A DNA stretch of 64,000 nucleotides from a bacterium (GTDB taxonomy: Bacteria; Planctomycetota; UBA1135; UBA2386): NCBI GenBank assembly GCA_024743115.1, contig JANSXC010000001.1:117628-181627 (forward strand), written 5' to 3'. Shown here piece by piece: positions 1-8,751 of this stretch (positions are counted from its first letter, which is position 1; each line of letters begins with the position of its first letter). The notes under the pieces were generated by a model. That model had not been told where the DNA came from. It saw only the letters and a program-made list of their open reading frames with translations, and made no database searches. A program made the translations under genes and the position numbers.

Positions 1-1013
1 ACGAGCTGACCCTGGTAGTTCGCGAAGTCCTCCGGTCGGCTGTCGCCGTTGCCCGGGTCGATGTCGAACAGCATCGTGTTCGCCGCGGTGCCATCGGTGA
101 GCCAGAGTTCGCGGCCGTTGTTGCCGTCGTCGGCCGAGAACACCGCGTTGCCGTTGCCGACGTCATGGAACTCGCGCGGCGAGGAGCCGCTCGACCCGGA
201 CACCAGGTCGCCGAGGAGAACCGTACCGATGGCCGTGCCGTCACTGAACCAAGGTTCCTGACCCGAGCCGTTGTCCGCGGCGAACAGCACGCCGTTGCCG
301 AACGGTGCGAGTGCAGTGAAGGAAGTCGTGCCCGTCCCCGGCGTCAGATCGGCGACGAGCTGGGTGCCCGCTGCCGTGCCATCGGTGCGATACAGCTCGG
401 TGCCCGCCGAGCCGCCGTTGCCGACGAACCAGAGCCAGCCACCGGCGACCGTGAGGCGGCTCGGGTTCGAACTCGGGATCCCGACGCGAACGTCGATCGC
501 GAGCTGGGTGCCGGCGACCGTGCCGTCGGTGCACCAGAGTTCGGTACCGTTGCTGCCGTTGTTCGCGGCGAACCACACCTTGCCCTGGAAGTTCACCGGC
601 CAGTCGATCAGTGAGCTGTTGGCACCGGCGCGGATGTCCGCGAGCAGGGTCGTCCCGGCCGTGGTCCCATCCGTCTGCCACAGTTCCCGCCCCAGGCCGG
701 GAGCGAAGGCGGAGAAGACCAGGACGCTGCCGAGCTGGATCAGATCCTGCGGATTGCTTGCGTCCTCGGGCATGAGGTCGGCCAGCAAGCGCGTATTGAC
801 CGCGGTGCCGTCGGTGACCCAGAGCTCGCGGCCGTAGGGGCCGTTCGCGACGAAGACCGCCTGGCTGCCGAGTACGTGGAACGCGTCGATCGCGCTCCCT
901 GGGTTGGTCACGTTGCCCGTGACGAGGTTGGCGACGAGATTCTGGCTCGCGGCACCGGTGGCGAGCACGAGTGTCGCAGCGAGGGAGAGTGAGACGGGAG
1001 GCAGCGTTTTCAT
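1..1013 (-). CDS. ELWxxDGT-repeat secreted protein, N-terminal part (C-terminus lies beyond the left window edge)
   Basis: My own minus-strand translation from the ATG at 1013-1011 gives MKTLPPVSLSLAATLVLATGAASQ (signal peptide). Six ~50-aa repeats follow, each with a G(R/T)ELWxTDGTxAGT core: GRELWVTDGTAVNT, GRELWQTDGTTAGT, GTELWCTDGTVAGT, GTELYRTDGTAAGT, GQEPWFSDGTAIGT, GRELWLTDGTAANT. The frame stays open to position 1, which explains its absence from the ORF track. Track ORFs over this region (241-1323 minus, 271-837 plus, 165-614 plus) are shadow frames. Confidence 0.8.
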   Translation of the reverse strand, partial: MKTLPPVSLSLAATLVLATGAASQNLVANLVTGNVTNPGSAIDAFHVLGSQAVFVANGPYGRELWVTDGTAVNTRLLADLMPEDASNPQDLIQLGSVLVFSAFAPGLGRELWQTDGTTAGTTLLADIRAGANSSLIDWPVNFQGKVWFAANNGSNGTELWCTDGTVAGTQLAIDVRVGIPSSNPSRLTVAGGWLWFVGNGGSAGTELYRTDGTAAGTQLVADLTPGTGTTSFTALAPFGNGVLFAADNGSGQEPWFSDGTAIGTVLLGDLVSGSSGSSPREFHDVGNGNAVFSADDGNNGRELWLTDGTAANTMLFDIDPGNGDSRPEDFANYQGQL

Positions 1014-1123
1014 ATCGGGTCACGCGCAAGGCGGCCGCGGAATGCGCAGCCGATCTCGCGGAATCGGAGACATCCGGCTGCACGTCCGAAGCGGCCGTCG
1101 GCCCGCAGTTTTCCGGCGGTTTT

Positions 1124-1753
1124 TCAGGCGGGATCCGGTTCGTCGGATCCGCCACCCGCCGTCCCGCCTGCTGCTTGCGGCTGCGGGTATGCGCCGAGGT
1201 AGAACTGGAACGTGCGGCCGGCCTCGGCTTCGTCGTCGTGGTACTTCCGCGCCAGGGCCGCGATCGTGTCGGTGAGTTCCTGTGCGAACGCGCTGCGGTC
1301 GGCGGCCGAACGGAAGCGGACATCGACTTCCAGGCTCATCGTCGACAGCCGCTGGCCTGCGGCCTCCGCCCCGGCGCGCAGTCGAGCGAGATCCGCGATC
1401 GCGCGGTTGGCGACAGCGATCTGGTAGGCGGCCGAGAAGCGATCCTGCACCTGCTCCGGGCGGCTGCCGAGCGAGCCGAGGGCGGTCGCGGCAATCGCGT
1501 AGCCCGTCCCGGCGCGCCGGTACGTGCGCTGGCGCACGCTGCCGCGCTGCCCCTGGTGCACGACCTCGACGAGCCCCTGCGCCGCCAGTGCCTGCAGGTG
1601 GTAGTTGAGGCGCTGGCGCGGCAGCTCCATCGCGGTCGCGAGGCTCGTGGCGGACTCGGGTTCAGCGAGTCGGCGCAGGATCTCGAGCCGGGTCTCGTGG
1701 AGCAGCGTGCGGGCCTGCTCGCTGCGCTCGACGACGAGCACGGCGTCGGTCAT
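1124..1753 (-). CDS. ArsR/SmtB-family winged-helix transcriptional regulator with extended C-terminal domain
   Basis: 209-aa ORF with an ATG start. The HTH core is RLEILRRLAEPESATSLATAMELPRQRLNYHLQALAAQGLVEV. The start overlaps the stop of the upstream SRPBCC gene (ATGA at 1750-1753). ArsR plus SRPBCC/AHSA1 is a common operon pairing. Confidence 0.8.
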   Translation of the reverse strand: MTDAVLVVERSEQARTLLHETRLEILRRLAEPESATSLATAMELPRQRLNYHLQALAAQGLVEVVHQGQRGSVRQRTYRRAGTGYAIAATALGSLGSRPEQVQDRFSAAYQIAVANRAIADLARLRAGAEAAGQRLSTMSLEVDVRFRSAADRSAFAQELTDTIAALARKYHDDEAEAGRTFQFYLGAYPQPQAAGGTAGGGSDEPDPA

Positions 1754-2637
1754 GCCGAGGCTCCGGACTCCGGCGCCGAGCCCGACCGTGAGGTCGAGGA
1801 CTGGGGGGCCGCCGTCTTCGGCGCCCGCTCGGCGGTCGGCAAGGCGCGTTCGACCGCGGCGTCGAACGCGCGCTCGAAGCGGGCCGCGGTCGCAGTCTGG
1901 TCGCCGCCACCGTAGAGCGCGAGCCAGACCCAGATCTGGGTGGCGCCGGCCCAGTGCTCACAGTGGACGCGGAACCAGCCGTTCTCGAGGTTCTGCGCGG
2001 TCCCCGAGAACTCGCGTGGGCTCGGCGAGAACAGCGCCTTGCCAGAGATCGGCCCGGCGCCGGGGATGTCGACGGAGTAGCTCGCGCCTTCGGAGAGGCG
2101 GTGCAGTTCGCCGATGGGCAGGCCGTGTTCGACCAGCGCCTGCCAGGCCTCGGTCGGCGGCTGCGAGGTCGACCACCTGGACCAGGCGATCTGGCGATCG
2201 CGACCGCGATGGTGTGCGAGGTAGTGGCGCAGGCTGCGCAACTCGACCGGCCAACCGCCGGAGATGCCGTCGAACTCCGCGTCGAACTCTGCCTCGGGGC
2301 CGAAGCCACTGTGGACCAGGCGCAGCGTCGTGCTGCCGTGATCGCCCTCCAGGTGGAAGTCGAGGAAGAGGGGGCGCTTGCCGCCCTGTCCGTCGTCGAC
2401 CGCCGAGTCGTAGCGGGTGGCCAGATGTCGGCCGGGTTCGCACGTCACGATGGTCTGCGGCCAGAGATGGTGGGTGTCCCACTGCCAGACCAGCGCGCCG
2501 CCGACCTCGGGGGTCACTTCGGCGGTTGGGGCAAACCAGCGCATGACCTCGCGGGCGTCGGTCAGGGCGGCCCAGACCTGGTCGGGGCTGGCGGGCAGGG
2601 TGATCTCCATCTCGAACTTTCTGTCGTTACTAGACAT
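1750..2637 (-). CDS. Tandem SRPBCC / AHSA1-like (Activator of Hsp90 ATPase homolog 1-like) domain protein
   Basis: 295-aa ORF. The N-terminus EITLPASPDQVWAALTDAREVMRWF is a typical AHSA1/SRPBCC start. A second, similar half begins at PPTEAWQALVEHG. An alternative start is the MEITL ATG at about 2610. Confidence 0.8.
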   Translation of the reverse strand: MSSNDRKFEMEITLPASPDQVWAALTDAREVMRWFAPTAEVTPEVGGALVWQWDTHHLWPQTIVTCEPGRHLATRYDSAVDDGQGGKRPLFLDFHLEGDHGSTTLRLVHSGFGPEAEFDAEFDGISGGWPVELRSLRHYLAHHRGRDRQIAWSRWSTSQPPTEAWQALVEHGLPIGELHRLSEGASYSVDIPGAGPISGKALFSPSPREFSGTAQNLENGWFRVHCEHWAGATQIWVWLALYGGGDQTATAARFERAFDAAVERALPTAERAPKTAAPQSSTSRSGSAPESGASA

Positions 2638-2702
2638 ACGTTGATCTCAGGGCGAAGGGTGGGAGGCTGGTTCCGCGTCGTCGCGGAACCGTGTTGACCG
2701 AC

Positions 2703-2731
2703 AGTATAATTTGTCGGTGAGCCCTTTGCAA
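2703..2731 (-). promoter_or_regulatory. Putative sigma-70-type promoter of the SRPBCC-ArsR operon with overlapping inverted repeat (candidate ArsR operator)
   Basis: The minus strand reads TTGCAA (2731-2726), a 17-nt spacer, then TATACT (2708-2703), about 65 nt upstream of the ATG at 2637. An inverted repeat ACCGACA-N8-TGTCGGT (2697-2718) overlaps the -10 element. A separate 9-bp hairpin GGTTCCGCG-TCGT-CGCGGAACC lies at 2669-2690. Confidence 0.35.
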
Positions 2732-2847
2732 GCCTGGACCGTCGTTCGGGCCGCGGATGAGTCCAGCGCGCCTCGCGCATCTGCTTGGGACACTCGGCGC
2801 CGATCCCGTCCAGGCGTCGTCGCGGTTCGCATACGATCCGCTCACGC

Positions 2848-3390
2848 ATGGTCTGGTCTCACCGCGGAGTCACGATCCCCCTGCACGTCTGGCACGGCGT
2901 GCCGGCGGGTTGGCGCGCGGAGGAGATCCGCGCGGAGCATCGACGGCTCCACGGCACGTTCGACATCGGCGGCCCCGAGGCCACCGAGCCTGGCGCGCCC
3001 GACTGGTTGCCCGATCGCCACGCCTGGCTGCAGTATCGCGCGACGCTCTATCGCGTCGCAGATGGCGTGACGGCCGACGATGCGGCGTGCGTCGAGCTCG
3101 CGATTCGGTTCCTCGAGCTGCACCACATCGGTTCCTACGGTGGCTACGTGCGATCCAAGTTCGCACGGCGGCTCAAGCATGTCGAACTGACCGCGGCGCA
3201 GCGGAGCAGGCTGCACGAACACTTCTCGCGGCTGCTCGCGCGCGGCGAACGGGTCTACGAGTTCGTCGACTACCTGCCGTTGTGGCGGCAGGTCGCGACC
3301 CGCGAACAATGGCAGCAGGTCCGGGAACGATTCGCGGCGAGCGGGAACGCGTGGTTGCGTTCCCGGCTCGCCGCGCGTGCCGGCTCTTAG
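2848..3390 (+). CDS. Hypothetical protein (no recognisable domain)
   Basis: Track ORF 2785-3390. I start it at the internal ATG at 2848 (MVWSHRGVTIPLHVW...). Amino-acid composition is protein-like (W/H/Y/E/F present), unlike the overlapping Arg-rich frames. No family recognised. Confidence 0.45.
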   Translation: MVWSHRGVTIPLHVWHGVPAGWRAEEIRAEHRRLHGTFDIGGPEATEPGAPDWLPDRHAWLQYRATLYRVADGVTADDAACVELAIRFLELHHIGSYGGYVRSKFARRLKHVELTAAQRSRLHEHFSRLLARGERVYEFVDYLPLWRQVATREQWQQVRERFAASGNAWLRSRLAARAGS

Positions 3391-3410
3391 ATCTCAGCGG
3401 CCGGCCGATC

Positions 3411-5075
3411 TCACTGCAGCGTGATCGCGAAGCTCGCGAGGTTGCTGGTCGACAGCGCGCTCGGGAGCTGCGGGCAGTTGGGCCAGGCCCAGACGGATTG
3501 CGCGTGGAGCTGCAGGCCGGCGAGTGCGGGGTCCGACGGCATCGCGAGCGGCGCGGTCGCGTTGCCCGCACCGTCCGGAATCATCGGGATGGAGATGAGC
3601 AGCCACGAGGCGACCGGGTCGACGTAGGTAACGATGCCCAGCCCGAAGGGGTCTCCGCCCGTGAAGTCCGCGGCGGTGCCAACGGCGAGGAAGCCGAGGC
3701 CGACCGGCACGTTGGTGTCGGCGAAGCCGAACGCTGCGTTGCCGATCGTCGGCAGGCCGCCCGTGGTCGACAGCGTGTGGGGACCTGCGCAGCCGGGCGT
3801 GCCGGCGCCGTAGAAGGTGGGGGTGGCGTAACCGCCGTAGGTGTGGAACAGGCTGGCGGCACCGAGCTCCGCGTCGAACTCGTCGTCCTGCGAGGCGCCG
3901 GCGATCGCGACGCCGCCGCCGATGCTGACTGCGTGGGCGAAGTTGTCGTTGCGATCGGGGGTCGGGTTCGGGACGAACCCCGCGTTCTGCCACGACCCGT
4001 CGGGATTGCGGCGGAAGAAGTTCGCGGCGCCGGCGTTGCTCTGGCCGTTGACGCGGGCGTGGATCGAGCCCACGAAGGCGACGTCGCCGTCGATCGCCAC
4101 GGCCTGGCCGAAGTGTTCACCGGCCGCGGGATAGGCCGGCGAGACCTTGGCGGTCTCGGGCCACGTGCCGTCGGGTTGACGTTCGAAGAAGTAGGCCGAA
4201 CCGCTGCCGCTGCCCTGGTCGTCGTCGAGCCACGCACCGACGACGACGTGATCGCCGGAGATGCCGACCGAGTAGCCGAAGTAGTCGGTCGCCACGCCGT
4301 CGCTCGCGAGGAGCTTCGCGACCTGCGGCCAGGTGCCGTCGACCTGCCGCTCGAATACGTAGGCCGAGCCCGAGGCCGGACCGTTGTCGTCGTCGAGGTA
4401 GGCTCCGACCGCGATGCGGGTGCCCGCGATCGAGACGGACCAGCCGAAGTCGTCGTTGTTCTGCGGATCGTTCTGCGCCAGCTTGGCGACCTCGAGCCAG
4501 GTGCCGTTGCCCTGACGTTCGAACACGTATGCGGCGCCGGCGGGCGTCGTGCCGTTCGTGCCGTCCGGGCAGCCGACGACCGCGTAGTCGCCGTCGATCG
4601 CGACCGTCGTGCCGAACTCCTGGCCGGCGGCGCCGTCGCTCGCCGTGAGCTTCTGCACCTCGAGCCAGGTACCGTTCGGCTGCTTCTCGAAGACGTAGGC
4701 CGAGCCACTGCTGCTGCCGAGGTCGTCGTCGAACTTGCTGCCAACGATCACGCGATCCGTCGTGATCGCGACTGCGAACCCGAACTGATCCTGGGTGTCG
4801 ATGTCCGCTGGAATCAGCGCGGCGGTCTCGACCCAGGAGCCGGTTGCCGTGCGTTCGCGGATCCACGCGCCGCCCGAGGTGATGAGGCCGTTGTGGTCGT
4901 GGCCGAAGGCGCCGATCACGGCCTGGGTGCCGTCGACACCGACGGCAGAGCCGAACAGATCGCCGGCGGCGGTCGTGCTCGCGGCGAACGGCAGGCCGAT
5001 CTGGAAGTTTTGGGCGGGAAGGACAGCCGCGGCGCCGAGCGCGAGCGGCAGGAGGCGAAGAATGGAGCAGTTCAT
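3411..5075 (-). CDS. Secreted FG-GAP-like (integrin-alpha type) repeat protein carrying the shared C-terminal module
   Basis: Track ORF 3411-5138. The real start is the ATG at 5075 (MNCSILRLLPLALGAAAVLPAQ signal peptide), preceded by an AGGA. It has 7-8 repeats of the form FGxxVAIxGDxxVVGAxxDDxxGxxSGSAYVFE(R/K)QxxGTW. The last ~135 aa (nt ~3411-3818) form the module shared with four other proteins in the window. Confidence 0.85.
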   Translation of the reverse strand: MNCSILRLLPLALGAAAVLPAQNFQIGLPFAASTTAAGDLFGSAVGVDGTQAVIGAFGHDHNGLITSGGAWIRERTATGSWVETAALIPADIDTQDQFGFAVAITTDRVIVGSKFDDDLGSSSGSAYVFEKQPNGTWLEVQKLTASDGAAGQEFGTTVAIDGDYAVVGCPDGTNGTTPAGAAYVFERQGNGTWLEVAKLAQNDPQNNDDFGWSVSIAGTRIAVGAYLDDDNGPASGSAYVFERQVDGTWPQVAKLLASDGVATDYFGYSVGISGDHVVVGAWLDDDQGSGSGSAYFFERQPDGTWPETAKVSPAYPAAGEHFGQAVAIDGDVAFVGSIHARVNGQSNAGAANFFRRNPDGSWQNAGFVPNPTPDRNDNFAHAVSIGGGVAIAGASQDDEFDAELGAASLFHTYGGYATPTFYGAGTPGCAGPHTLSTTGGLPTIGNAAFGFADTNVPVGLGFLAVGTAADFTGGDPFGLGIVTYVDPVASWLLISIPMIPDGAGNATAPLAMPSDPALAGLQLHAQSVWAWPNCPQLPSALSTSNLASFAITLQ

Positions 5076-5257
5076 GATTGGTTTCCTGAAGATCGAGGGC
5101 CGCCGGTTCGCGGCCGCCCTCCACACGGAATCCATCACCGTCGCCCCTCACGACGTTCTGGTTTTTCTCTCCGGAGTGTGTCGTCGACCCACCAATGGGG
5201 CCGCGGCCAGAGCCGGCGGTTGCCCATGCGCGGGCCGCCCGGGAGAATGCGAAGCCG

Positions 5258-5842
5258 ATGGATGCCTCCGCCGTCACGCTGCTGCTCGCCCGGGTCGAGG
5301 AAGGGGACGAGACCGCGACCGACGAGCTCTATCGCGTGGCCTACGACGATCTCCACGCGCGTGCGGGCAAGATGATCGGTGCCGGGGCCGACAACACGCT
5401 GCAGGCGACGGCGCTCGTTCACGAGGCCTGGTTGCGGTTGCGAGGTGCCGGCGGCGATGGCCTGGCGAGCCGGGCGCACTTTCTCGGGGTCGCGGCGAAA
5501 GCGATGCGGTCGGTGCTGATCGACCATGCCCGCAGCAAGCACGCGCAGAAGCGCGGTGGCGGCGCGCACAAGCTGCTGCTCGACGAGGCCCTCGTAGCCT
5601 ACGAGGAGCGGGCGATCGACGTGGTTGCGCTCAATGAAGCGCTCGAACAGCTGCAGCAGCTCGACGAGCGCAAAGCGCGGATCGTCGAGCTGCGATTCTT
5701 CGGCGGGCTGTCGAACGATGAAGTCGCGGCCGTTCTGGGCGTCAGTGTCGCCACCGTTGAGCGCGGCTGGACCACCGCGCGCGCCTGGCTGCGCGGCCAG
5801 CTGGGAGACGCGCCGGGCCCGGGGGGCGACCATCGACCCTGA
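5258..5842 (+). CDS. ECF sigma factor, TIGR02999 / ECF43-like (Ser/Thr-kinase-coupled type) - sigma A
   Basis: Track ORF 5195-5842, started at the ATG at 5258 (MDASAVTLLLARVEEGDETATDELYRVAYDDLHARAGKMIG...NTLQATALVHEAWLRL, region 2). Region 4 is RIVELRFFGGLSNDEVAAVLGVSVATVERGWTTARAWLRGQL. A kinase gene follows immediately. Confidence 0.85.
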   Translation: MDASAVTLLLARVEEGDETATDELYRVAYDDLHARAGKMIGAGADNTLQATALVHEAWLRLRGAGGDGLASRAHFLGVAAKAMRSVLIDHARSKHAQKRGGGAHKLLLDEALVAYEERAIDVVALNEALEQLQQLDERKARIVELRFFGGLSNDEVAAVLGVSVATVERGWTTARAWLRGQLGDAPGPGGDHRP

Positions 5843-8357
5843 CGGATTCGGTCGCGTCTGCGACGCGTTCGAAGCGGCGTTGGACCTCTCGGGTGCGGAC
5901 CGCGCGGCCTACGTCGCGGCGGCGTTCCCCGAGGACGCCGAGTTGCAGCGCGAACTCGAACGGATGCTCGCCGGTCACGAGTCCGATCCGGAGTTTCTGC
6001 GGACGCCCGGGGCAGCAACGCTCGTGGCCGCCGAGGCGACCGGCGAACAGCGCGCGATCGGGCTTGGCCCCGGTGACCGGGTCGGCGACTTCGAACTCGT
6101 GCGTGTGCTGGGATCGGGCGGCATGGGCGTCGTCTTCGAGGCGCGCCAGCTGCAGCCGCAGCGCACCGTCGCGCTCAAGACGATGCGCGCGGGGCTCGGT
6201 GCGGGCGTCGACGCGCGGCGGTTCGGCGAGGAGTCGCGGCTGCTCGCGCGGTTGAGTCATCCGGGTATCGCGCAGGTGCTGGCCGCGGGCGTTCTCGAGG
6301 AGGGGGCCGGTGGATTGCCGTGGTTCGCGATGGAGTTCGTGCCCGGCGCGCGCCCGCTGGACCGGTTCGTTGCCGCCGAGCACCCATCCTGGCCGCAACG
6401 CCTGCAGCTCATACTTCAGGTTTGCGACGCGATTTCGCATGGCCATCTCCGTGGCGTCGTGCATCGCGACCTCAAGCCGGACAACCTGCTCGTCTCCGCC
6501 GAGTCGCGCGTAAAGGTCATCGACTTCGGCATCGCGCGCGCCACCGAGGGCGATGAAGTGCACCTCACGACACAGGGCAAGCTGATCGGCACGCTGCCCT
6601 ACATGGCGCCGGAGCAGATCGAGGGCGATCGGGATGCGATCGACGTGCGCACCGATGTGCACGCGATCGGTGCCGTGCTCTTCCAGGTCCTGACGGGGCG
6701 GCCACCGTGGCCCGTCGACGAGTCTTTCAGCGCCCTCGCGCGCCGGATCGTCGAGCAGGAGCCGCCGCGTCCGAGCCAGGTCGCGGCCGGGGTGTCGCGG
6801 GAGCTCGATTGGATCGTGCAGGCCGCGATGGCCAAGGAGCCCGAGCGTCGCTACCAATCGGTGGCCGAGCTCGCGAACGATCTGCGGCGTTTTCTCGCGC
6901 ACGAACCGCTCGTCGCGGGACCACCGAGCGCAGCCTACCGGGCGCGCAAGTTCGTGCGGCGTCACAAGACGCTGGTCGCGGCGTTCTTGATCCTCGTGCT
7001 AGGCGCGTTCGGCACCGGTTTCGGGCTGCTCGAAGCGCTCGACAAACAGGCGGAGGCGGTTGCCGCGAAGACGGACGCCGAGGAGACCGCGGCGCGCGCG
7101 CTGGCGCAGAACAAGTATCTCGAACGCATGCTCGGTGCGGCTGATCCGTTCGGGCTGGTCACCGTGACGCGCGAGACCACCGTTGCGGAGATGCTCGACG
7201 CCGCGAGCCAGGAGATCGGCGGCGCGTTTCCCGATCAGCCCGACGTCGAAGCCGCGACCCGGCTCTTGATCGGGCTGACCTATCGCGGTCAGGGGCGGTA
7301 CGAAGCGGCGGCGGAGCACTTCGCGGTCGGTCTCAGAATGTATCGCGAGCAGCACCCCGACGGTCACGCCGACGTCGCGCGGTCTCTGCGGCTGCTCGGC
7401 TCGGTGCGCTCGTCGCTCGGAGGCCACGACGAGGCCTTGGCGCTGCTTCGCGAGGCGCTCGCGATGGAGGAGGAACTGCGCCAGCACGAGGGCGTGGAAG
7501 CCCGGGAGTTCGTCCGCACGCACGGCAGTCTTGCCGTTGCGCTGATCCGCGCGAAGCGTTTCGAAGCGGCCGAGAAGCACGCGCGGTCGGCCATCGCCGA
7601 GCTGCGCGCGGCCTACCCCGAGGCCGAGGAGGACCTCGCGATCCTGACCGTGAATCTCGCGAAGATCCAGCGCGCGCGCGGTGACGAGGCCGGCGCGCTC
7701 GCAAGCTACCGGCACTGCGTCGAGGTCTTCGAACGCGTGCTCGCGCCGGATCATCCGAACATCGGGCTCGCGAAGAACAACCTCGGCTTTCTGCTAGCAG
7801 CGCTCGGTCAGAAGCAGGAGGCCGAGCCGATCCTGCGCGCGGCGGTGGCCAACCTGCGCTCCGCGCTGCCGGACCCGCACTCGACGGTCGCGGATGCGTG
7901 CCTCAATCTATCGACGGTGCTCGGGCCGAACGGCAAGGGCGACGAGGCTGTGGCAATGGCGCGTGAGTCGGTGCGCATTTGCCGTGGCGCGCTCGGCGAG
8001 GACCACCCCGACTACGCCAACTCCGTCAACAACCTCGCCTACGTGCTGTGTGACCTCGAGCGGTGGCCGGCGGCCGGCGTCGAGTTCGAACGGCTCGTCG
8101 AGTACTTCCGCCGAACGGCAAGCGCAACGCACCCGCGCGTCACGCTCAATCGCGCGTATGCGCTCGAGTGTGTCGGTTACGCGGATCCCGCGACCGCGTT
8201 GACGAAGCTGAGTGCGCTGTTCGACACGCGCGCCGCCGAGCATGGGGCCGACGAGGAGGTGGCCCAGGCGATCGCGCGCTGCGGCGTGCGGCTCTGCCGG
8301 CATCACCGGGACGCTGCAGGGCTCGCGACGTGGCAGGGGCGACTCGCGAAGGACTGA
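5832..8357 (+). CDS. Ser/Thr protein kinase (Hanks type) with one TM helix and C-terminal TPR region - kinase A
   Basis: Track ORF 5625-8357. Kinase motifs: GSGGMGVVFEA, VALK, HRDLKPDNLL, DFGIAR, GTLPYMAPEQ. TM helix: LVAAFLILVLGAFGTGFGLL. About 430 aa of TPR-like repeats follow (NNLGFLLAALGQKQEAE, NNLAYVLCDLERW). The conserved N-terminal helix (IDPDGFGRVCDAFEAALDL...) begins at about 5832, where the codon is ATC. Canonical alternatives are GTG 5745, TTG 5757 and TTG 5880, so the 5' end is uncertain. Confidence 0.85.
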   Translation: MDPDGFGRVCDAFEAALDLSGADRAAYVAAAFPEDAELQRELERMLAGHESDPEFLRTPGAATLVAAEATGEQRAIGLGPGDRVGDFELVRVLGSGGMGVVFEARQLQPQRTVALKTMRAGLGAGVDARRFGEESRLLARLSHPGIAQVLAAGVLEEGAGGLPWFAMEFVPGARPLDRFVAAEHPSWPQRLQLILQVCDAISHGHLRGVVHRDLKPDNLLVSAESRVKVIDFGIARATEGDEVHLTTQGKLIGTLPYMAPEQIEGDRDAIDVRTDVHAIGAVLFQVLTGRPPWPVDESFSALARRIVEQEPPRPSQVAAGVSRELDWIVQAAMAKEPERRYQSVAELANDLRRFLAHEPLVAGPPSAAYRARKFVRRHKTLVAAFLILVLGAFGTGFGLLEALDKQAEAVAAKTDAEETAARALAQNKYLERMLGAADPFGLVTVTRETTVAEMLDAASQEIGGAFPDQPDVEAATRLLIGLTYRGQGRYEAAAEHFAVGLRMYREQHPDGHADVARSLRLLGSVRSSLGGHDEALALLREALAMEEELRQHEGVEAREFVRTHGSLAVALIRAKRFEAAEKHARSAIAELRAAYPEAEEDLAILTVNLAKIQRARGDEAGALASYRHCVEVFERVLAPDHPNIGLAKNNLGFLLAALGQKQEAEPILRAAVANLRSALPDPHSTVADACLNLSTVLGPNGKGDEAVAMARESVRICRGALGEDHPDYANSVNNLAYVLCDLERWPAAGVEFERLVEYFRRTASATHPRVTLNRAYALECVGYADPATALTKLSALFDTRAAEHGADEEVAQAIARCGVRLCRHHRDAAGLATWQGRLAKD

Positions 8358-8364
8358 CTGCGGG

Positions 8365-8751
8365 TCAATCGACGACCGCGTCGGCTTCGATCTCGATCAG
8401 GAACGCGTCGTCGATCAGGCGTGCGACTTCGACCATGGTCGTTGCCGGTCGGGTGTCGCCGAAGAACTCGGCGTGCGCGCGGCCGAATTCCTCCCAGCGC
8501 GAGATGTCGGTGACGAACAGTCGCGTCCTGACGATGTGTTCGCGAGTGGCGCCGAGTTCGGCGATCGCACTCGCGATGATCTCGAGGCTGCGTTTGCTCT
8601 GGGCGTAGCCGTCGCCGGGTGCGAATGGTGCTCCTGCATCGTCGACGGCGACCGTGCCGGTCACGTAGACGTGATCACCGGCGCGGATCGCGCGGCAGTA
8701 GCCGACTCGTTCTTCCCACGGTGCACCCGTCTGGACTCTCTGGCGGTTCAT
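8365..8751 (-). CDS. RidA / YjgF / endoribonuclease L-PSP family protein
   Basis: Track ORF 8365-8796 begins with GTG. I prefer the ATG at 8751 (MNRQRVQTGAPWEERVGYCRAIRAGDHVYVTGT...), which gives about 128 aa, the typical family length. The family-like C-terminus is ATTMVEVARLIDDAFLIEIEADAVV. Confidence 0.8.
   Translation of the reverse strand: MNRQRVQTGAPWEERVGYCRAIRAGDHVYVTGTVAVDDAGAPFAPGDGYAQSKRSLEIIASAIAELGATREHIVRTRLFVTDISRWEEFGRAHAEFFGDTRPATTMVEVARLIDDAFLIEIEADAVVD

Noticed and set aside
241-1323. 360-aa minus-strand ORF, plus the 271-837 and 165-614 plus-strand ORFs, over the first kilobase
   Set aside because: These are Arg/Pro/Ser-rich, low-complexity shadow frames of the ELWxxDGT-repeat gene. 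The repeat gene's frame gives a clean signal peptide and six conserved repeats.
2694-2710. Plus-strand consensus hexamers TTGACC (2694-2699) and TATAAT (2705-2710), considered as a promoter for the 2848 gene
   Set aside because: The two hexamers are only 5 nt apart, so they cannot form a -35/-10 pair. The properly spaced pair is on the minus strand (TTGCAA-17-TATACT).
2757-5375. 872-aa plus-strand ORF, together with 3581-4744 and 4117-5277 minus-strand ORFs
   Set aside because: Their extreme Arg/Ala/Gly/Pro composition is typical of antisense or off-frame reading in high-GC DNA. They overlap the well-supported FG-GAP gene (3411-5075).
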